A DNA stretch of 5,272 nt, from positions 1-5,272 of the forward strand of contig JAAOMT010000346.1 of assembly GCA_016748015.1 (NCBI GenBank), written 5' to 3'. Origin of the DNA: Geosiphon pyriformis uo1 (lineage: Eukaryota; Fungi; Glomeromycota). Made by a program: the position numbers and the translations under genes. Each line of letters begins with the position of its first letter. Position 1 is the stretch's first letter. Shown one piece after another: positions 1 through 5,272 of the stretch. Below the pieces are notes generated by a model. The model ran no database searches. It saw only the letters and a list, made by a program, of their open reading frames with translations, and was not told the DNA's origin.

Positions 1-329
1 TTCTGATGCGACAAAAAGTTGGATAATTTATATAGTTATTTTAGAAGTCTCAAATCTAAAGGGCATATAGAAACATATATACAATATAGCATGCATTGGT
101 AATGAAATAACGAGATTAAAAAAAAGAGGCTAAAACTCTGTAATGTAGAAAATTAAATAAATATTCTCAACATAAAACAATTCTAATTGGGAGCTTTTTT
201 GGCAACTCCAAAGAATAAAGCAGTGTAGTCTCAATTAACTTTAAAATATTTATTTGTTAGAAGCTAGATGCAGGTGCACATTATCCATGAAAAATACTAA
301 GCTTGCTAGACTAGCCAGAATTCTTTTAC

Positions 330-428
330 TTAGTTTGATTCTGAGGCCTGGCCAAAATTTTATATTTTCATTTTGCGATTACTTGCTGCACCTTTACCAT
401 CCAAATAATATTTGGAAAGAAAGAATCG
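330..428 (-). pseudogene. Relic of one Sel1-like (SLR/TPR-type) repeat
   Basis: The minus strand from 428 reads RFFLSKYYLDGKGAASNRKMKI*NFGQASESN*. It aligns without gaps to the Sel1 pattern (Q-Y-x-L-G-x-x-Y-x-x-G-x-G-V-x-x-D-x-x-x-A-x-x-W-Y-x-K-A-A-E-x-G) at L, Y, G-x-G, N/D, F/Y and A-S/A-E. It is preceded by a T-rich tract and AG (432-431) that could be an intron acceptor. In-frame TAA stops lie at 362-360 and 332-330. Only one repeat is visible and the match is by eye. Confidence 0.4.
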
Positions 429-449
429 CTCTAATATGATATGGTAAAA

Positions 450-1560
450 AATAATAATAATCAATTTACTTTCCTTTTTTAAACTATTAATTTTGTTTAT
501 TAAAAAAATGCATACATTATTGTAAATTAAATAAAGTTCTTATCAAAGATCAATTTTATTATTTAGATTTTCGATTTATTAAATTTATGACAAGATTAAT
601 TTTCGGAATTTTGTTTAAGTTAAGCTTGAAATAAGCAAAATAAATTTTTCTATTTATTATAACCATTTTAAATACTCATTTATTTATAATAATTATATTA
701 TTTATAAATTATGTTATAATTTTTAATTTAGCATTTATTTTTAAAATAATTATTAATTTGTTTATTAATATAATATATAATTAATTACTAAAATTTTTAA
801 AATTGCAAATTTTTAATTGAAATTTAATATCATATTAATTGTGTAATATTTACAAAATTGTTTGATTAAAAATGAACATTTTAATGTGAATTTCTGTTTC
901 AAACATGTGGAATATCACGGAAATTATCAGAGTATTCTGGAATATTTTAGTCAACTTAGAAATTCAGCTAGTAATTTACTTACTTACCCTGCCTTATCTG
1001 GTTTTATGCCTTAACAATTTTTTTAGTTAAATTAAATTAGATATTCATATTTTAATATCAATTCATTTTTTTGGTTTTTTATTACCTATTAATATATTAT
1101 TTTGGTTTATAATATTATGACTATATTTTTTATTAATTTAACATATTTTAAATATATGTTCGAATTTAATGGTATAATATTATAATATATATTATAATAT
1201 TTAATTGTTTGTTAAATTGATTTTTATACAAAATTAAAAAAATAAAGATTCGGTTTAATTAAATATAATATTTATGCTAAATTTTCTACAGTAATTATTT
1301 CATAATATTTTTAAAAATGAAAATGTTATTTTAATAAATAAAATTGGAGATAGCTTTAATATTTCAATAATTAATTGAAATTAAATATTTTAATTTTATT
1401 ATTATAAAACTTCTAGAAGATAGCAAAGAAAAACCTGATGTATTTTCAAAATATTAAAATATCAGTTTAAAACAGAAAATAAAGCTTTTAGACGATAATA
1501 AAATACAAGCTTTTTAATTTATTATTATAGATACAGTGTTATTAAAATAGTTTACTAATA
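450..1560. other. Extremely AT-rich low-complexity intergenic/intronic DNA
   Basis: Long A/T runs and very few G/C. The supplied track has no ORF here and I found no recognisable motif. Confidence 0.6.
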
Positions 1561-1789
1561 GCTATTTCCTCTTAACTCCTATTTGTAACTATGTTAAATT
1601 GAAATCGAAACCGAAAGAAGTTAAAACCTTCAAGTTCGAAATACCTTAAAACCTAAAACATTTTGTTGCAATTTTCTCATCTTTTTTAAAATTTGTTCAT
1701 ACTAATTTTTTTGTAAACTGCAACTTAAAGCATTGCAACTCCGAAACTCCATTGTTATCAATATATTAAAAATTTATTAAACAAAATAG

Positions 1790-2315
1790 ACCAACTAACA
1801 GGGACAGGAACAAGAACAAGAGCAAGAACTGTATGGAAGTGATTATCCAGGAAATTCAATCGATCCAAATACTGATTTAACCTTTTACTAAGGTATCTAC
1901 CCAATGCCAGACTCAATTATATTAATAATTTGGGTATTAGGGGCAATAGGAATCCTGACAATCCTTATTCTAATAATGATTATGAAACATCAGTTTCTTC
2001 AACCAAAGAAGTAATTGCGGTACTTTTAACAGAATTTTACTGTTAAACTGGTTACAATCCAATTGTTGGAAAATTATACACCTCAGAGCAAAGTAATATC
2101 TCAAATAATAATGAAAATTCTGACACCTTTTGATACAAAGTACCCAAATAATCAATCAGAACAACAACAACAATAAGAAACTGCTTCGGAAGATGCCCAA
2201 CCAAAAGTTCAGAGATATCGACTCGGGGAGGGCTGAAGATGGTGATCATTCAAACTATTCAGATGATCAAAAACAAGAGCAAACAAGTGAAAATATTAAT
2301 GACGAAAATGAATGA
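1790..2315 (+). pseudogene. Frameshifted relic of a low-complexity, acidic Q/E/N/D-rich protein region (unknown family)
   Basis: Stitching frames gives TN*QGQEQEQEQELYGSDYPGNSIDPNTDLTFY*GIYPMPD / (from 1921) INNLGIRGNRNPDNPYSNNDYETSVSSTKEVIAVLLTEFYC*TGYNPIVGKLYTSEQSNISNNNENSDT / (from 2129) FDTKYPNNQSEQQQQ*ETASEDAQPKVQRY / (to 2315) AEDGDHSNYSDDQKQEQTSENINDENE*. Codons mostly end in A/T. The TAA stops (1796, 1889, 2044, 2174) fit CAA>TAA changes, including CAA CAA CAA CAA TAA. About three frameshifts are required. Confidence 0.45.
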
Positions 2316-2401
2316 AATCAATGCTTCTGATGCAAAAGACAACAATTACGGAAAATGCTTTTATAAAAACAATTAAAAACTTATAAAAGTTCAATTGTAT
2401 T

Positions 2402-2733
2402 AATGGTCCTGAAAATTCTTGCTAGAAAATAATCTTCAAAATCATAATATCAACCCAATTTATATAAAATTTCCAACTTAACAGAAAAATAGTTAAATAT
2501 TTTAAATAAGATTTAAAGCTAAAAATATTAAATAATTTTCTGAAGAATATTTCGCACTTGAAATTTCTTTTCTCTTTTTGTGTGATTAATTTGCTAAAAA
2601 GTCTTTTCAATGCAAATTTTATGTCTTTTCATTCCCAAGTACAATATGAAACATCGCTATAGTCACCTTTTGCAATAAGATTAGTCGGGCCAAATTCCTC
2701 GAATTCTATGTTAAATACTATATCAGGTTCCAT
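2402..2733 (-). pseudogene. Truncated protein kinase pseudogene (TKL-like N-lobe, subdomains I-IV)
   Basis: 2733-2551 reads MEPDIVFNIEFEEFGPTNLIAKGDYSDVSYCTWE*KDIKFALKRLFSKLITQKEKRNFKCE. This shows a degenerate Gly-loop (IAKGDYSDV, 2676-2650), the beta2-region W, FALK equivalent to the VAxK catalytic Lys (2616-2605) and the alphaC Glu (2553-2551). After a putative intron, 2476-2402 reads LEILYKLG*YYDFEDYFLARIFRTI, resembling subdomain III-IV (L..L.K....H.NI.RFYG.T). TGA stops lie at 2631-2629 and 2452-2450. I found no HRD/DFG C-lobe downstream. Confidence 0.75.
2477..2550 (-). other. Putative 74-nt phase-0 spliceosomal intron with an inactivated donor (GT>AT)
   Basis: The segment is AT-rich and begins ATATTC right after the alphaC Glu codon (GTATTC would be a donor). 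It contains a TTTAAC branch-like motif (~2497-2492) and a T tract, and it ends TAAG. Removing it restores kinase-like sequence. Confidence 0.5.
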
Positions 2734-3255
2734 CAGTCATTGAATGGGAAATTTTGAAACAAAATTCATTTTAAATTAGAATTTGCATAGCTCCATATCA
2801 CAAAATTAAACATCACTATAGCTTTTACAATTCCGGCGGAGAATAATGACACTAAAAATATGTTGCTGTTATTCCCCTGGGCTTCTGTCAAAGTTATGTC
2901 ACTCTAGAAATGTAAGCTCATTGGATCCTGTTGCTGCATGCAGACTATGCAAAAATGACTTATTTCTGAATATTCATCTACTGGCAAACTTCTTTTCAAT
3001 GTCATCGAAATCAAAGCATGGCTCGAAGAAACGCATCTAGACTTTGAAGTTGGTGAATAAACCATTAAGAACGAGGCTTCAGGGATGCTTTTCTGCCTAA
3101 GCATGTCCTTCTTTTCACCCAAAGTGCCAAAGAGAACCGGTTGCAGATGTCCCGAAACACTATTTTTTGCTTGAACAATCTATCGCACTAATAGTAAAAT
3201 ATCTCTTCAAGCTGCGTCTTTGGGTGGGAATCATTGAATTTGGGAAGATTAGTTT
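2734..3255 (-). pseudogene. Possible decayed N-terminal coding region upstream of the kinase domain (frame uncertain)
   Basis: The block is richer in G/C than its flanks and is preceded by an intron-like GTAATT...ATGTAG (3301-3256). The frame continuous with the kinase reads KLIFPNSMIPTQRRSLKRYF...MRFFEPCFDFDDIEKKFASR... but has 11 stops. A neighbouring minus frame (3179-2768) has only one internal stop. No domain recognised. Confidence 0.25.
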
Positions 3256-3968
3256 CTACATATTTACAAACAATTTAAATCATGAAATATTAAATAATTA
3301 CCTTTATGATAATACAACCAGAAAACAAGGCATCAATCAATATATTAGGTGATCTTCAAATAAGACTTTCACATCATGTTTTGATTAATATTGCTGCTAC
3401 TATTTACATTATTCAATCTAGTATATTAATTTTTTTTTTGGATACCAGATATGAATGCCATGTTCTTAATGACTAATCCTGCTGCGACCATTTATATTGT
3501 TCTCTTAGCTAACTTTTAGGATTAAATTAAACATTATAATAGGTCCCACAGTTTTAATGGAGATGTGAATTTGATTTCCCATACTGATTATATTTAGCCA
3601 TTTTAGGATAGCTGAGTCAAAAAAAATTAAGTCATGAGAATCTGCTTAATATTACATTAGTCATGAAGATCCACGTAATATTATAAAAAATTTCCAGAAA
3701 GTACTTAACTGATTAGAAGGTTTCAAAAAGTGATGCCTTGTTTCAAATCAATTTTACTGAAAAGATCTAGTTAACTCCACCCATGTATTCTTGGATTCTT
3801 GAATTTTTGTTTTCGCATTTTCGCATGAAAAACAAACGTGTAATTTTTTATCTCAAAATCAACAACTTAGAGGCAGTAACATATATAAAGAGGTGTTCTC
3901 TGCCTTAAGCAAAATTTTATTCTATATGAGATTACTCTTATCTTTATCGATGACGAAATACTGGTGTC

Positions 3969-4046
3969 CACCAACTCACGAATCCAACAGCTATAACCAG
4001 TATGACTAATGACTCACTACTTATGACTCACCAATTCAAAGAACAC
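3969..4046 (+). repeat. Degenerate units related to the 4570-4966 minisatellite
   Basis: CACCAACTCACGAATCCAACAGCTATAACCA (3969-3999) and CACCAATTC (4029-4037) resemble the unit CACCAATAATTCACGAAT..CAAC...ATAACCA. Confidence 0.35.
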
Positions 4047-4054
4047 TAAAAAAT

Positions 4055-4135
4055 CCAAGTTGTACTGATAACCACAGCAGGTCTCCAAGATTAAAAGCCT
4101 CTAATTTATAAAACAATCCAGGTAAGGATGTTGAC
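4055..4135 (+). rRNA. Best-preserved 5' block of the LSU rRNA remnant (non-functional fragment)
   Basis: CCAAGTTGTACTGATAACCACAGCAGGTCTCCAAGATTAAAAGCCTCTAATTTATAAAACAAT versus the remembered yeast-like CCAGGTCGTACTGATAACCGCAGCAGGTCTCCAAGGTGAACAGCCTCTAGTTGATAGAATAAT. Confidence 0.85.
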
Positions 4136-4273
4136 GTATCTCTTCTAGCTTTAAGTGTTGGGTGAGGGAGGGGGGCATCCTTTACTGGAAAGAACCCCAA
4201 CCTTAACCGAAGAAACTCAACCAAGCACGGGGTTTCCAACTCTTTTATATTGTCAAATATGGTGTTCTCTAAT

Positions 4274-4480
4274 CTCTGTCCATGCACCCATTCTGCCGAA
4301 TGTCTGTTTTCACTTAGGGTCTATAACATGAATTGTTATACCTCTGTGCATGCACCTATTCTGCCGAATGTCTGCTTCTACTTATGGTCAATAACATGAA
4401 TTGTTATTTAACTTCTGTGCTTGCTGCATTCTAGCTAAATGTCTGTTTTCACTTATGGTATTGATGTGCATCATGGGTTA
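4274..4480 (+). repeat. Three-copy ~68-71 bp tandem repeat inside the rRNA remnant
   Basis: Units start at 4274, 4342 and 4413 and share CTGT.C.TGC....ATTCT(A)GCYRAATGTCTGYTTYYACTTAKGGT. Units 1 and 2 continue ATAACATGAATTGTTAT. Confidence 0.9.
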
Positions 4481-4571
4481 AACTGTTCCTATCTACTATC
4501 TAGTGAATGGACCAGGCTTGGCAAAATCAGCAGGAAAAGAAGACCCTATTGAGCTTGACTCTAGTTTGACA
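4432..4571 (+). rRNA. Best-preserved 3' block of the LSU rRNA remnant (domain IV-V junction; non-functional fragment)
   Basis: ACTGTTCCTATCTACTATCTAGTGAA and GGCTTGGCAAAATCAGCAGGAAAAGAAGACCCTATTGAGCTTGACTCTAGTTTGACA match the conserved LSU sequence apart from transitions. CGAGATTCCC and about ACCACAGCCAAG are missing. Confidence 0.9.
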
Positions 4572-4966
4572 CCAACAATTGACAAATAACCACTGCTCAC
4601 CAATAATTCGCGAATTCAACATTCGAATAACCATCACCCACCAATAATTCGTGATTCAACCTTCGAATACAATTACCACCCACCAATAATTCACGAATAT
4701 AATCACTACCAATCAATAATTCGCAACTCAAAATTTGAATAATTATCACCCACCAATAATTCGCGATTCAACCTTCAAATACAACTACCACTCACCAATA
4801 ATTCATGAATTCAACATTCAAATAACCACCACCAACCAATAATTCACGAATATAACCACCACCAATCAATAATTCGCAACTCAAAATTTGAATAACCATC
4901 ACCTACCAATAACATTCAAATAACCATGCTCACTAGCAATTTGCAATTCAATATTCGAATAACCAA
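4570..4966 (+). repeat. C/A-rich minisatellite, ~11 units of 27-42 bp, core (C/A)AYCAATAATTC
   Basis: Unit starts at 4570, 4598, 4639, 4681, 4711, 4751, 4793, 4834, 4864, 4904 and 4931, with lengths 28, 41, 42, 30, 40, 42, 41, 30, 40, 27 and ~36. Confidence 0.95.
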
Positions 4967-5071
4967 TGAATATGGAATAGAAATTCATGAACAATCGATC
5001 ATCAAATAACTGAATTAAATTTTAGGGTTAGGTGGTGAGGAATTGATAATTGTTAGTCTGTTATTTATGCC

Positions 5072-5187
5072 TTGCAAGAATAAAGAGTGGGAGGGGGGTA
5101 GTTTAAGATTTTTTACAAGAGTGAAAAGCGGGAGGAGGTAGTTTTAGTTTAAGATTTCTTACAAAAGTGAAGAGCAGGAGGAGGTAG
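5072..5187 (+). repeat. Purine/G-rich tandem repeat, ~2.7 copies of 41-46 bp
   Basis: TTRCAARARTRAARAGYRGGAGGRGGTAG(TTTAAGATTT) at 5072, 5113 and 5159. The second unit has an extra 5 nt. Confidence 0.9.
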
Positions 5188-5272
5188 CCACATTTGTCAA
5201 TTATCTTTTCTATATCCATCTAGTCTATATAGAAAAAAAACTTTATCAGTATATAACAAAGTTATCAGGGAA

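Larger units (their letters stand above)
4055..4571 (+). pseudogene. Decayed, internally deleted 28S/25S (LSU) rRNA pseudogene fragment, fungal type
   Basis: Collinear blocks match conserved eukaryotic LSU sequence in the correct order: 4055-4135 (GTACTGATAACCGCAGCAGGTCTCCAAGG...GCCTCTAGTTGATAGAA...), 4146-4163 (TGGCTCTAAGGGTYGGGT), 4209-4233 (GAAGAAATTCAACCAAGCGCGGGT), weakly 4239-4258 (ACTCTCTTAAGGTAGCCAAAT), and 4432-4571 (TAGCCAAATGCCT...TGACGCGCATGAATGGATTAA...ACTGTCCCTATCTACTATCTAGCGAA...GGCTTGGC...AATCAGCGGGGAAAGAAGACCCTGTTGAGCTTGACTCTAGTTTGACA). Differences are mostly C>T/G>A, and core segments are deleted. Confidence 0.9.

Noticed and set aside
847-1014. Stop-free plus-strand frame (...NEHFNVNFCFKHVEYHGNYQSILEYFSQLRN...) and a minus-strand GTAAGT donor-like site
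   Set aside because: No in-frame ATG near the 5' end, no recognisable homology, and no link to the neighbouring relics.
1177-1200. Perfect 24-bp palindrome ATATTATAATATATATTATAATAT
   Set aside because: Pure A/T low-complexity sequence in an AT-rich tract, expected from slippage.
1532-1540. TA-CAGTG Tc1/mariner-like terminus
   Set aside because: No matching inverted terminus in the window.
1904-2014. 36-aa single-pass membrane micropeptide MPDSIILIIWVLGAIGILTILILIMIMKHQFLQPKK
   Set aside because: It is most simply the shifted-frame shadow of Asn/Asp/Tyr-rich codons (AAT read as ATN = Ile). There is no independent support, although Ribo-seq could revive it.
2422-2610. 62-aa minus-strand ORF as an intact gene
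   Set aside because: It is part of the kinase relic reading through the dead intron.
1790-3255. Ciliate-type or all-stop-reassigned genetic code making these ORFs intact
   Set aside because: TAA, TAG and TGA all interrupt frames, frameshifts and a dead splice donor are also needed, the kinase is truncated, and the LSU remnant is fungal-type. Transition decay explains the stops.
2846-3352. Plus-strand ORFs 2846-3040 and 3167-3352 (also 254-439, 1970-2155 and 2052-2249)
   Set aside because: They are short, have no recognisable motifs and lie antisense to better-supported or candidate relics.
4036-4287. 83-aa minus-strand ORF as a protein gene
   Set aside because: It is antisense to the rRNA-derived sequence, starts inside the tandem repeat and has no recognisable motif.
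4040-4431. 3' end of an R2 retrotransposon abutting its 28S target
   Set aside because: Homology does restart at the R2 junction (4432), but the upstream DNA is itself collinear 28S-derived sequence. There is no RT/endonuclease remnant or poly(A).
4570-4966. CRISPR array
   Set aside because: The constant core is only ~12 bp, the intervening sequences are homologous to each other and recur, there are no cas genes, and the context is eukaryotic.
5022-5032. Telomeric repeat TTAGGGTTAGG
   Set aside because: Fewer than two full units, so compatible with chance.

Overview
AT-rich eukaryotic DNA with no intact gene that I can support. It is most likely fungal: the LSU rRNA remnant ends in the fungal-type GACTCTAGTTTGACA. 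The kinase and Sel1 relics resemble families expanded in arbuscular mycorrhizal fungi (Glomeromycotina); that taxonomic call is an inference. The window looks like a pseudogene and repeat graveyard dominated by C>T/G>A decay. From left to right: a single Sel1-like repeat relic (minus, ~330-428); very AT-rich spacer; a frameshifted Q/E/N/D-rich ORF relic (plus, ~1790-2315); a truncated TKL-type kinase N-lobe pseudogene with a dead intron (minus, ~2402-2733); and a composite block at 3969-5187. That block holds a collinear but deletion-riddled 28S rRNA pseudogene (4055-4571). Inside it, a ~68-71 bp tandem repeat appears to have been generated from the rRNA segment that starts at the R2 retrotransposon target site, and it carries new hairpins. 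The rRNA relic is bracketed by a CpG-decaying C/A-rich minisatellite with higher-order structure and is followed by a G-rich ~41 bp repeat. All alignments were made by eye against remembered consensus sequences and need BLAST/HMM confirmation. None of the supplied ORFs looks like a real intact gene.
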